Virus record (IMG/VR): IMGVR_UViG_3300045988_097304
Location: 1 to 42,522 of that record
Reading direction: 5' to 3' (one strand)
Source of the DNA: a virus
DNA: 42,522 nt
Under the pieces are notes generated by a model. It was not told the DNA's origin. It made no database searches and saw only the letters and a program-made list of their open reading frames with translations. This document shows positions 1-7,541 of the stretch, piece by piece. The position numbers were made by a program, and so were the translations under genes. The first letter of the stretch is position 1, and each line of letters starts with the position of its first letter.

Positions 1-55
1 GTCGCGGCTGCGGCAACAAAGACGTCGTGTTGTGCGACGCTTTGGGCAGCCATGA
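1..55. repeat. Terminal overlap copy 1 (identical to 42468..42522)
   Basis: Base-by-base identity of gtcgcggctgcggcaacaaagacgtcgtgttgtgcgacgctttgggcagccatga at both ends. Confidence 0.95.
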
Positions 56-92
56 CTGCGAGCCTGAGATCGAGGAGGTGAGAGCGGAATGA
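1..92 (+). CDS. 3' part of the junction-spanning 78-aa Cys-rich hypothetical protein that starts at 42323
   Basis: The reading frame continues through the circular junction (..GSHDCEPEIEEVRAE) to TGA at 90..92. Confidence 0.5.
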   Translation, partial: RGCGNKDVVLCDALGSHDCEPEIEEVRAE

Positions 93-134
93 TGGGTCTC
101 AAAGAGTTGCCCGACGGAAACAAGGAGTAAATTC

Positions 135-166
135 AAGGCTTGTACATCTTTGTACAAGCCTTTTTT
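135..166 (+). terminator. Rho-independent terminator ending the plus-strand cassette
   Basis: Perfect 12-bp stem AAGGCTTGTACA/TGTACAAGCCTT with loop TCTT, followed by a T-run. It lies between convergent genes. Confidence 0.8.
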
Positions 167-176
167 GCGCGCTGAA

Positions 177-611
177 TCACGCCCTCTTGCCCTTCGCCGC
201 CCTGACGACCTGCGCCTTGTATCTCCGCGCCGTCCGCTCCGCAATGCCCGCCTCCCTCCACGCCGCCTTCATCGGCATGCCGTCTACATAAAACAGCTTC
301 AGAAACGACCGCAAGCCCATGATATACTCGCCCTGCTGAGGCTGCCCCGCGACAATTGCATCCAGTGCTTTCATTGCCCGCCGCTGGGCACGCAAAAAAG
401 CCGTATGCTTTTCATACAGCTTTTTTTTCGCGTTCTGCTCTCGGACAAGCTCGTCGTCGAGTCCTCGCGCCGCACCTCTCCGCTTGGGCATGCCGTCAAA
501 TCCGCTTCCCTTGGCGTCGCGGTTGTCGTACAGCTCCAGCTCTGTTTTGTAATCGTACGCCGCAAAGCCGCAGTCAATCAACGCTTGCGCGTCCTTCTTC
601 TCGATCCGCAT
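177..611 (-). CDS. Sigma-70 region-4-like / ArpU-RinA-type transcription regulator (tentative late activator)
   Basis: The C-terminal FYVDGMPMKAAWREAGIAERTARRYKAQ looks like a sigma r4 HTH. GGGAGG RBS. It is the last gene of the early operon. Confidence 0.5.
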   Translation of the reverse strand: MRIEKKDAQALIDCGFAAYDYKTELELYDNRDAKGSGFDGMPKRRGAARGLDDELVREQNAKKKLYEKHTAFLRAQRRAMKALDAIVAGQPQQGEYIMGLRSFLKLFYVDGMPMKAAWREAGIAERTARRYKAQVVRAAKGKRA

Positions 612-1150
612 CCATCGCCGCCTCCCGTCCTCTGCTTGTCAAGCCACGTCACCCCCACCGCAATTGCCTGCCACATGTCGCCGGACACGCCGTAAAACGT
701 GTCCGGTTTTGCTTTCGTTCCCTTGCCATTGACCTTGTCATGCGCCGCAAACCTCGCAATCAGCGCGGCGCGAATCTGACCGTCTGCGTGCTTCGGCGCG
801 TTCGCCGGAAGCTCCTTTTTGCGGATGAGTGCCGCCCGCTCGTCCCGCCTGTAAATCCAGTGTACGGCAATGCCTCGCCCCTGCGCTGTCAGGTCAAATT
901 TGCCCATCCACTTAAGCGTGGTGTAGGTGCTTGCCCCGACGATTGCGCCCGCCGCGTTGCTGTCCTTTCCGTTTCGCGGATATCGCGGCTCCATGTCCTC
1001 GATGATGATCGCGTCGATCCCCGGAGTTGACGCGATGATGTCCATCATCACGCCGTTTTCAATTTTGTCCGCCGACAGCACTTGATACGCATCGTTGAGC
1101 AGCGCATACGCGCTTTGCGTCGTGCCGGGGTCTATCGCCAAAATCCTCAT
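578..1150 (-). CDS. RuvC-like Holliday junction resolvase
   Basis: N-terminus MRILAIDPGT, then the acidic IIIEDME motif. GGGAGGGG RBS lies before ATG 1150. The ORF-track start at 1192 has no RBS. Confidence 0.75.
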   Translation of the reverse strand: MRILAIDPGTTQSAYALLNDAYQVLSADKIENGVMMDIIASTPGIDAIIIEDMEPRYPRNGKDSNAAGAIVGASTYTTLKWMGKFDLTAQGRGIAVHWIYRRDERAALIRKKELPANAPKHADGQIRAALIARFAAHDKVNGKGTKAKPDTFYGVSGDMWQAIAVGVTWLDKQRTGGGDGCGSRRRTRKR

Positions 1151-1335
1151 GTCGCCCCTCCCTTGCTCTTGCGTTTTTCGTAATCGAGCCATCGTTGATG
1201 GCGGCGTTTCTCGCCCGTCCTCTCGATGATAAAATCCTGCCGATTCTGCCGCACTCTTTCGCGCCGTTCCTCATACGCCTTGTACCTCTCGCATCCCGCG
1301 TGACAGCCGCCTCGCGGCTCGCGCAGTCGCGGCAT
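1147..1335 (-). CDS. Small basic Cys-containing hypothetical protein (start uncertain, see findings)
   Basis: The ORF ends in an ATGA overlap with the resolvase start. Its own ATG lacks an RBS. The RBS-preceded ATG at 1349 is in another frame. Confidence 0.4.
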   Translation of the reverse strand: MPRLREPRGGCHAGCERYKAYEERRERVRQNRQDFIIERTGEKRRHQRWLDYEKRKSKGGAT

Positions 1336-1345
1336 TGCGCGTCAT

Positions 1346-1759
1346 TCATGACCCTTTCGCCTCCACAATACTCAATTTGTCTAGCGGCACCAAACGCTTT
1401 CTCCCTGTTTGGTAATATATAATAGCAGCATCAATCGGATTGTATTTTTCAAAAATTATTTTTGCGCCGTCCTCGTCGTAGCAGCAAGAGAGCATCATGC
1501 AGACGCTTTTAACCCCAACAAAAATGCCGTCAAAAGGATGCTCTATAAATTTAATGCGTTCGCAGTAATGCTCGTCTTCAACTTCGAACATATTTTTGTC
1601 GCTGTCTTCGAAAATTGCAGCATCTATATGCGGCTCAAAATTTGTTATTGGATATCCGCCCGCCGCCGCTTGCCGCTTCTCCTTCCAAGGGATGACATTG
1701 TAGTGATTCCCAGATTTTTTGATATATCCATCGCAATGTACCCATTCGCCTAGCGTCAT
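1346..1759 (-). CDS. Hypothetical protein (137 aa) in a visibly low-GC patch
   Basis: Long ORF with a GGAGAAAGAGAGG RBS. No recognisable motif. Confidence 0.6.
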   Translation of the reverse strand: MTLGEWVHCDGYIKKSGNHYNVIPWKEKRQAAAGGYPITNFEPHIDAAIFEDSDKNMFEVEDEHYCERIKFIEHPFDGIFVGVKSVCMMLSCCYDEDGAKIIFEKYNPIDAAIIYYQTGRKRLVPLDKLSIVEAKGS

Positions 1760-1953
1760 GTTTTTCGCCTCTCTTTCTCCTTCTGCATTTCATCATACAT
1801 CTTCTCAACGCATGCATCTTTCAGGGATATATGGAATACTTCACGGTCGCATACGGCGCATTGACCTGTAAGATGCCATGTTTTGCCCTCGTGATGCCAT
1901 TTCCCGCATTGTATAAATGCGTGACGGCATAACTTCTGCCGAAGTTTAGTCAT
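1756..1953 (-). CDS. Small Cys/His-rich hypothetical protein (65 aa)
   Basis: ATGA overlap with the upstream stop. CxxxxxC..H..C..C pattern. Confidence 0.55.
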   Translation of the reverse strand: MTKLRQKLCRHAFIQCGKWHHEGKTWHLTGQCAVCDREVFHISLKDACVEKMYDEMQKEKERRKT

Positions 1954-2360
1954 CAGCTTTCCCACGGCGTTTCCCACCTTTCAGTTTCCGTCGGTTTGCG
2001 CAGCCAGCAGCGCCAATTTTTACCATACGTATCGGAGATATCCCGTCTCAAATCAACATTTCCATTGCCAGCATACATAAAGCCCTCTTCTACAAACGCT
2101 GGTTCTCCTTCATCATCAAATGGGCTGTATCTGTTTTCGCTCCATAAAAAACCAGTATAGACTTTCAGCTCTTCCAGTGTCAGCACGCGATTCTTCGGCT
2201 CTGCGCGGCGCATCGCCATTCGGAACGCCGATTCCGGATCAATGCCGACTGGCGAACCCCAGCCGCATTTCGGGCAGACGTAGTAAAATGTGGCGTTACA
2301 CAACAAATGCATCAACTCCATGTCAGCCCCACATCCGGGGCATTTGGGCGTTTCACTCAT
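1953..2360 (-). CDS. Zinc-ribbon hypothetical protein (135 aa)
   Basis: Starts MSETPKCPGCGADME...CPKCGW (two CxxC pairs). RBS GAGAGGGA lies upstream of ATG 2360. Confidence 0.6.
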   Translation of the reverse strand: MSETPKCPGCGADMELMHLLCNATFYYVCPKCGWGSPVGIDPESAFRMAMRRAEPKNRVLTLEELKVYTGFLWSENRYSPFDDEGEPAFVEEGFMYAGNGNVDLRRDISDTYGKNWRCWLRKPTETERWETPWES

Positions 2361-2520
2361 GGCTTTTTCCCTCTCTTTCCGCTTCAAGCTGCTCAATGTA
2401 GGCGAGTGCGTCAGCACTCAGCGCGGACATACATCCCATATGGCAATACGGGCAATCCGCGCAGCGTCCACACAAAATACACAAACTCACGGCTTTCTTG
2501 ATCTCTTCAGGCGTTTTCAT
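2353..2520 (-). CDS. Cys-rich paralog 3 (55 aa; MKTPEEIKKA..C..C..CPY..ALAYIEQLE module only)
   Basis: Shares the N-terminal module with 2507..2842. Start taken at the internal ATG 2520. Confidence 0.55.
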   Translation of the reverse strand: MKTPEEIKKAVSLCILCGRCADCPYCHMGCMSALSADALAYIEQLEAEREGKSHE

Positions 2521-2842
2521 CGCTATTACTCCTTGGTCTTGGTAAATCCATTTTTGCGCCGCAGCGCGGGCAGTACTCGGTCTGGTGCTTTCCTGCAACT
2601 CGGTTACAGACGCTACACAAAATTTTGCAGTATGTATAAACATCGGGCGGCGTAGGAATAATCCAATAACCATGTTGTACCGGCTCGACGCGGCTCTCAA
2701 GCTGCTCGATGTAGGCGAGCGCGTTTTTATGTAGCTTTTTTACGCAATTCGCGCTGGTACTCCTAAAATATGGGCAATCCAGAGTACAACATACCGCGTC
2801 ACAAAGCCTAAGAGCCTGTTTTATTTCATCAGGCGTTTTCAT
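2507..2842 (-). CDS. Cys-rich paralog 2 (111 aa; same module plus C-terminal zinc ribbon)
   Basis: MKTPDEIKQALRLCDAVCCTLDCPYF...ALAYIEQLE, then C..C...CPRCG. ATGA overlap with the upstream gene. Confidence 0.6.
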   Translation of the reverse strand: MKTPDEIKQALRLCDAVCCTLDCPYFRSTSANCVKKLHKNALAYIEQLESRVEPVQHGYWIIPTPPDVYTYCKILCSVCNRVAGKHQTEYCPRCGAKMDLPRPRSNSDENA

Positions 2843-3333
2843 CGCTCTTCCTCCTTCGGCAGCTCGGGCTTTGCAACGTCGAATTCTTCCGCAAACCACT
2901 TAAATACAAAATCAAGCGAATATGAGCCGAACCCACTGTGCATTTCTCCGTCTGTCAGGTCAAAATATGTAATGCCGTAGTATGGTTTTTCGGGTGTGCC
3001 GCTCACGTAGATTCTGGCGTATGGCGTTTTTATTTTGTGCTCATTCCTCTTCTCCGCCGCCAGCTTCTCCAGCATGTCGGCGGCTTTCCGCTTTACATAG
3101 TTGTTGCAGCCGACTAATTCCTCGTTACACATGCAAGGGCAACCCTCGCACGTCGCCCCCGCGCAAAGCCTCAGCGCGGTCACCAGTTCCTCGGCGTTCA
3201 GCTCCGGCTTCGGCTTTTCCTCCGCGTACTTGCACACCTCCGGGTGCTCGCTCGTCGGGCATGTGTCACCGCCATACGGACACTTGCTATTGGCGCAGGC
3301 ATAATCACGCTCGAAATACCATTTGCATTTCAT
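2839..3333 (-). CDS. Cys-rich paralog 1 (164 aa; module embedded after an extra Cys-rich N-terminus)
   Basis: EELVTALRLCAGATCEGCPCMC...AADMLEKLAAE matches the module. GGAGG RBS lies 8 nt before ATG 3333, which overlaps the mazG stop as ATGA. Confidence 0.6.
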   Translation of the reverse strand: MKCKWYFERDYACANSKCPYGGDTCPTSEHPEVCKYAEEKPKPELNAEELVTALRLCAGATCEGCPCMCNEELVGCNNYVKRKAADMLEKLAAEKRNEHKIKTPYARIYVSGTPEKPYYGITYFDLTDGEMHSGFGSYSLDFVFKWFAEEFDVAKPELPKEEER

Positions 3334-3704
3334 TTTTCGTGCCTCCATTCACATTCTCGGTTGATCCCCATCTTCTCCCGCACCGCCTTGTCAATGTCGA
3401 TTCCCAGATACCCGGCGGCGGACAGTGCCGTGATGATAACGTCTGCCAGCTCTTCGCGGAAGTAATCTTCTTCTTCGTCAAGCACCGATTTTAAAAGCTC
3501 CTGATTCTCCATAAATACGCGCAGCGTTGCATGAACTCGTCTTATCTCTTGCTCGGTATTTACAATTTTGTAAATCTGCAAAAGCCCAGAATCCCTCACA
3601 ACATCGCTATTCACCAACGTTTTCAGAAGATAGTCCTCGTCCCACAGCCCATGTGCCACCGCGTCACTGTAAATCTCATCGCGCAGTTCATTCAAATCGT
3701 TCAT
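3330..3704 (-). CDS. mazG: MazG-like nucleotide pyrophosphohydrolase
   Basis: EELADVIITALSAAGYLGIDIDKAVREKM is the typical MazG helix pair. Size 124 aa. Confidence 0.7.
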   Translation of the reverse strand: MNDLNELRDEIYSDAVAHGLWDEDYLLKTLVNSDVVRDSGLLQIYKIVNTEQEIRRVHATLRVFMENQELLKSVLDEEEDYFREELADVIITALSAAGYLGIDIDKAVREKMGINRECEWRHEK

Positions 3705-4130
3705 CTCGATCCTCCTCTAAAAATAACCACCATCGACGGAAAGGGCGCAGAGGTTTTCGCATCGCCAAACTTGATCCGCCCCTTCAAAAACCTGATTTCT
3801 GCCTGATGATAAATGTAGTCGTGAAAGGCTCGCGTGTCCGTCCGCGCAGGAATGAGCATCACCACCAGCGCGCCTTTCTGTGCTTCATCGTGTGCTTTTC
3901 TGATCCACTTTGGAAGCTCCCTTCCGTAGGGCGGATTGCAAAACACCCTTTTACCCCCCCCAATTTTGGGAAAGACCATCCTCCACCTTGGTAAAGTGAT
4001 CCGCGCATTTCGCGTTCTCGTGCGTGCTGCATGGATCGAGGTCAAAGTGGAATTCCGCGTCCAGCTCGTCAAAAAGAGCCTGCGGCGTCGCCCACTCAAC
4101 GGATGCGCTTGAAAATAGACAGCTATTCAC
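3701..4130 (-). pseudogene. dam: Phage Dam-type DNA N6-adenine methyltransferase split by a frameshift in a G8 homopolymer
   Basis: N-terminal frame from GTG 4130: WATPQALFDELDAEFHFDLDPCS..QNWGG, then stop. C-terminal frame: GGGKRVFCNPPYGRELPKWI..MLIPARTDTRAFH..APFPSMVVIF. The two frames join if the run at 3954..3961 has 7 G instead of 8. Confidence 0.8.
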
Positions 4131-4542
4131 GTAATCGCCCCTTTCTCCGCTCAGATTCCCGCTTCATCCGCGCAATCATCTGCGCTATGGTCTCGTTCTG
4201 CTTCTGCTCGCGCTCCTTCGCGGCTTTGGTCTGCCGCTGCTTGCGCTTCTTTTGCCGCTGGTATAGCACCCGCGCATACTCCCTGCGCCGATCCTCGGAT
4301 TCAACTGCGTCGCGCTGAATGCTTTCAAATCGCGCTTTTTGCCGTTCCTCCAGCGGCTTGGTCACTGTCCGATAGCAGGTATAGCTGCAATACCAGTCGT
4401 GCTTTTTGTGTGCCGCGCTGCTCCATAGCTTGTATGCGTACTGCTCGCCCGCCCGGAACGTCTTGCCGCAAACCTCGCACGTTCTCTCCGTCGCGTCTAA
4501 GCCGGCTGAATAGCAGGTCAGCGCGTTTTTGCCCGAAATCAA
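4123..4542 (-). CDS. Hypothetical protein with an N-terminal Cys cluster and a highly basic coiled C-terminus
   Basis: 139-aa ORF with C..C...C...C, then an R/K/E/Q-rich tail. Confidence 0.6.
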   Translation of the reverse strand: MISGKNALTCYSAGLDATERTCEVCGKTFRAGEQYAYKLWSSAAHKKHDWYCSYTCYRTVTKPLEERQKARFESIQRDAVESEDRRREYARVLYQRQKKRKQRQTKAAKEREQKQNETIAQMIARMKRESERRKGRLRE

Positions 4543-4544
4543 TG

Positions 4545-5222
4545 CTATCCCTCCACCTCATCCAGATTGACCACGATGCTCTCAAAATATCTGTGCCGCT
4601 CCTCCGGCGTCATCTCCCGTAGTTGCTTTGCGTACTCGTCCATGTCGTCGCTTGCGGCTTGCAGCTTCGGCGCGTCTCGCCCTCCGGCAATCATCTGTCT
4701 GTCCGCGTCGATTCTCGCCCGCACGTCGCCCGGCATCATGCGAATCTCCTTGTGTACGGCGGCACGCGCCGCGAAACTGCGCTGAAAATTGCTTGCAATG
4801 ACGCTCTCGCTCACGCCGTCATTGCTGACTGCCCACTCGTACAGCTGGCTCGGCGATCCGACGACCTCCTGCACCACCTCCGGCAGCTCGGAAAACCGCT
4901 CCGCGCTGTGATACGCGCTGTCCTTCAGCGCACGCTTGACCAGCCCCCAAGCGTTCTGCGGAGTCAGCTCAAAGCCGTGAATAGCTTGGTTGATGACGTC
5001 GATCTTTTCCCTGATTTGCCCGACCACGGGCGGGAAGCCCTTGGTGTCGTTGGCGATAAACGTCCTGACCGCGTCGCTGACAAGGCTTGCGTCGTCGTCT
5101 GCGAAAAAGCTGTGCCAGAGATTGCCCGCTGCGTCCGCGTCGTCCAAGGTCGTGCCGACGTAAAAGCGCGGATATGCCGCTCGAATGATTGCCAGTATTT
5201 TCATGGTTTGCGCTTTTGTCAT
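4545..5222 (-). CDS. G39P-like replicative helicase loader (tentative)
   Basis: N-terminus MKILAIIRAAYPRF....LWHSFF..D...V..AV..F...TKGFPPVVGQI resembles the SPP1 G39P loader family. Located in the replication module. Confidence 0.5.
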   Translation of the reverse strand: MTKAQTMKILAIIRAAYPRFYVGTTLDDADAAGNLWHSFFADDDASLVSDAVRTFIANDTKGFPPVVGQIREKIDVINQAIHGFELTPQNAWGLVKRALKDSAYHSAERFSELPEVVQEVVGSPSQLYEWAVSNDGVSESVIASNFQRSFAARAAVHKEIRMMPGDVRARIDADRQMIAGGRDAPKLQAASDDMDEYAKQLREMTPEERHRYFESIVVNLDEVEG

Positions 5223-5863
5223 CGTCCTTCACGCTCCTCCAGCTCTTGAGCCAATTGCAAAAATGGATTTGTCGTCCTGTGCGCCCCTCCAGCTCCCGCC
5301 GCGGGCATCCGGTTGTCCCTGCCCTCCCAAGTGCGAACAGCTGCATGCCAATCCTTCATCCCTACGTTGCCGACCTTCCAGCCCTTCGAGGCGTAAAAGT
5401 CCACAAACCGCTGTGCGTCTACGTTGCTCCCGCGCTCCCGGCAGTACGCCGCGACGTCCTCGACCGTGGGCGGTGTGAAGCGTCGCGCAGCGACGGGGGC
5501 TTTTGGGGGAGAACTATCGTTCTCCCTCTCTACCTCTATCTCTCTCTCTTTCTCTTTCTCACTCTCCACCTCTTTCTCTTTCTCCTTGCGGTTTTGTTCC
5601 GCTTTTGTTTCCGTTTTGTTCTCGTTTTGTTCTTCGTTTGTTTTTGCTTTGTTTTTGCGATTCGCCGCTTTGATTCTCCCGCTGTCCAGCGTCGGACGAA
5701 TCAAAAGGAAGCACGCGGCGCAAACTCCTTCAAGGTTGTTTTGCTCTTGTTCGTCCAAAGCGTATTCCAGTATCGCGAACAAAACTTTCGCCCGTTCCTT
5801 CTCGGGCAGATTCTTGAGCGCATCGTAATAACTCCGATAGAACGTGAATTGCTCTCGTCTCAA
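5219..5863 (-). CDS. Replisome organizer (DnaD/DUF6291-like) with an E/K-rich linker
   Basis: FTFYRSYYDALKNLPEKERAKVLFAILEYAL near the N-terminus and PPTVEDVAAYCRERGSNVDAQRFVDFYASKGWK near the C-terminus. TTG 5863 has an AAAGGGGA RBS. An alternative upstream start at 5947 is possible. Confidence 0.6.
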   Translation of the reverse strand: MRREQFTFYRSYYDALKNLPEKERAKVLFAILEYALDEQEQNNLEGVCAACFLLIRPTLDSGRIKAANRKNKAKTNEEQNENKTETKAEQNRKEKEKEVESEKEKEREIEVERENDSSPPKAPVAARRFTPPTVEDVAAYCRERGSNVDAQRFVDFYASKGWKVGNVGMKDWHAAVRTWEGRDNRMPAAGAGGAHRTTNPFLQLAQELEEREGR

Positions 5864-5867
5864 TCTA

Positions 5868-6056
5868 TTATCCCCTTTCGCTTTTTTGAAAAATTGTGGC
5901 AAGCCCCTGAATCGAACAGGGCAGCCGGGCAAGGTGCTTCGCGTCAAATCCGAGAAAAAACAAGGAAAAAGATGAACGACTTTTGAGGAGGAACGCCCCG
6001 CTGATACCTGCTATGCTTGCCATGTTGCTGACGGTTTGACCCGCCAGCAATGCCAT
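5868..6056 (-). CDS. Possible 62-aa ORF translationally coupled to the organizer gene
   Basis: AAGGGA lies 6 nt before the ATG and the stop is 5 nt before TTG 5863. No motif; could be non-coding. Confidence 0.25.
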   Translation of the reverse strand: MALLAGQTVSNMASIAGISGAFLLKSRSSFSLFFLGFDAKHLARLPCSIQGLATIFQKSERG

Positions 6057-6186
6057 TTGGAATCCCTTTGAACACTTCTGCTCGGCGGTCGGTGGTATCG
6101 AGCAACCCCTGCCTGCCCGCGCTGCTACCCGCGATTCAGGCTGCTCCCTGAGATGACCGCCATGTGCAGGGTTGCCCCTGCGTCAG

Positions 6187-6588
6187 TTAAAACGGCAGCT
6201 CGTCGTCATCGACCTGAATGGACGTGAATCCCGCAGCCGCAGGAGGCTGTGGTGCCGCCTTGTCCTGAGGCTTCTGCGACAGGAACTCGACCGTGTCAGC
6301 GTTAATCGTCCAAGCCCGCTTTTTTGCGCCGTCTCGTCCCTCGTAGTCCCTGCTCTGCATCTCGCCGACGACCAGCACCTTTTTCCCTTTCTCGACGTAC
6401 ATCTGACAGATGTTGCCGAGGTTGCCCCACGCCGTCACGTCGAAGAAGTCCGTTTCGTATTCCTGCGTCGTCTTGTTTTTAAATTTCCGCTTGACGGCGA
6501 CGCTGAAATTACAGCAGGTCATGCCGCTTTGCGTCGTCCTCATCTCAGGGGTATGGACGACATTGCCGGTTACGGTAATTTGATTCAT
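6187..6588 (-). CDS. ssb: Single-stranded DNA-binding protein
   Basis: OB-fold pattern MNQITVTGNVV..PEMRTT..G....NFSVAV. Gly/Pro/Ala linker and acidic tip DDDELPF. Confidence 0.92.
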   Translation of the reverse strand: MNQITVTGNVVHTPEMRTTQSGMTCCNFSVAVKRKFKNKTTQEYETDFFDVTAWGNLGNICQMYVEKGKKVLVVGEMQSRDYEGRDGAKKRAWTINADTVEFLSQKPQDKAAPQPPAAAGFTSIQVDDDELPF

Positions 6589-7199
6589 TTCTTTTCCTCA
6601 GCTTTCCACGCCTTGTAACAGCCCCAGCAGAGCTTTTTCCCGCTCTCTTTTTCCGTAAATTCCGCGACGCCCTGCGCATCCTTGATGATTACGCCGTTTT
6701 TGTCGCTCAGGCTGAGAATGCTTCCTTTGCACATTGCGCAAATCAGTCTGGGTGCGGTCGGCTCGCTCTCATCAGGGGTAGTCTGGTCGGGGTCTGGCGC
6801 GGTCTCCTCCGTCGGAATGCTGAAAATCTGGAACATTGCGTATTTATAGGCGATTGCCATCGCCTTGTTTGTCGCTTTGTCGCCGCTGTCCATGCCTTCG
6901 CCGATGACGACCGCCTGAATGCTGCTTCCGTCCTCCGCATACAGCGTGTATCTCATCGTAACGATGCTGTATATCAGATTGTTGCCCTTTGCCGTCTTTC
7001 TCTCCTCGCGCTCTTGCCTAATGACCTCCGGCACGCAAAAGAGATTATGCTTGACCATCTGCGGGTTAAGCGCATTCATAACATCATCGACACCGCGATA
7101 ATTAAAGCCCTGCTGTTGATTGCGCTTGTCCTTTGTGACCGCGCCGAGGTCGCGCATGACCGCGTTAATCGCGCTGAATATCTTTGGGGCTTCTGCCAT
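6585..7199 (-). CDS. erf: ERF-family single-strand annealing recombinase with a C-terminal zinc ribbon
   Basis: APKIFSAINAVMRDLGAVTKDKRN..GFNYRGVDDVMNAL..., ...DKATNKAMAIAYKYAMFQIF. AAGGAGGA RBS before ATG 7199. Confidence 0.8.
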   Translation of the reverse strand: MAEAPKIFSAINAVMRDLGAVTKDKRNQQQGFNYRGVDDVMNALNPQMVKHNLFCVPEVIRQEREERKTAKGNNLIYSIVTMRYTLYAEDGSSIQAVVIGEGMDSGDKATNKAMAIAYKYAMFQIFSIPTEETAPDPDQTTPDESEPTAPRLICAMCKGSILSLSDKNGVIIKDAQGVAEFTEKESGKKLCWGCYKAWKAEEKK

Positions 7200-7360
7200 C
7201 ACCAATCCTCCTTACACTTGTCCATCGGGTCATTCACCGGGTCGTCCTCCCAGTAGTGGTTGTACGGTCTGCCGTACGCCATCGGGCGCTCGTCCTCGTC
7301 TTCGCATCGCCCGCAGCCGTCACATTCACTCTTGAGCCAAATCTTGCACGGATACGCCAT
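7199..7360 (-). CDS. Small acidic Cys-rich protein (53 aa), below the ORF-track cutoff
   Basis: Read by hand: MAYPCKIWLKSECDGCGRCEDEDE... The stop overlaps the erf ATG (ATGA). Confidence 0.45.
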   Translation of the reverse strand: MAYPCKIWLKSECDGCGRCEDEDERPMAYGRPYNHYWEDDPVNDPMDKCKEDW

Positions 7361-7541
7361 TCTCGTCACCTCCATATTCCGCGTAGTGCTTCCTGATCCA
7401 CGCCGGGATGTGGATCAGCTCGACGCATCCGTCCTTGAGCGTCTGTATCGCCTCCAGCACGTCCGGCGCAGCCACGTTGCCTTCGTCCACAAACGCGTTG
7501 ACGATGTTTCCCGCCCGAATGAAGTCACTCCGATTGAGCAT
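7326..7541 (-). CDS. Hypothetical protein (71 aa)
   Basis: GAGAGGGAGTGGAG RBS before ATG 7541. Confidence 0.5.
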   Translation of the reverse strand: MLNRSDFIRAGNIVNAFVDEGNVAAPDVLEAIQTLKDGCVELIHIPAWIRKHYAEYGGDENGVSVQDLAQE

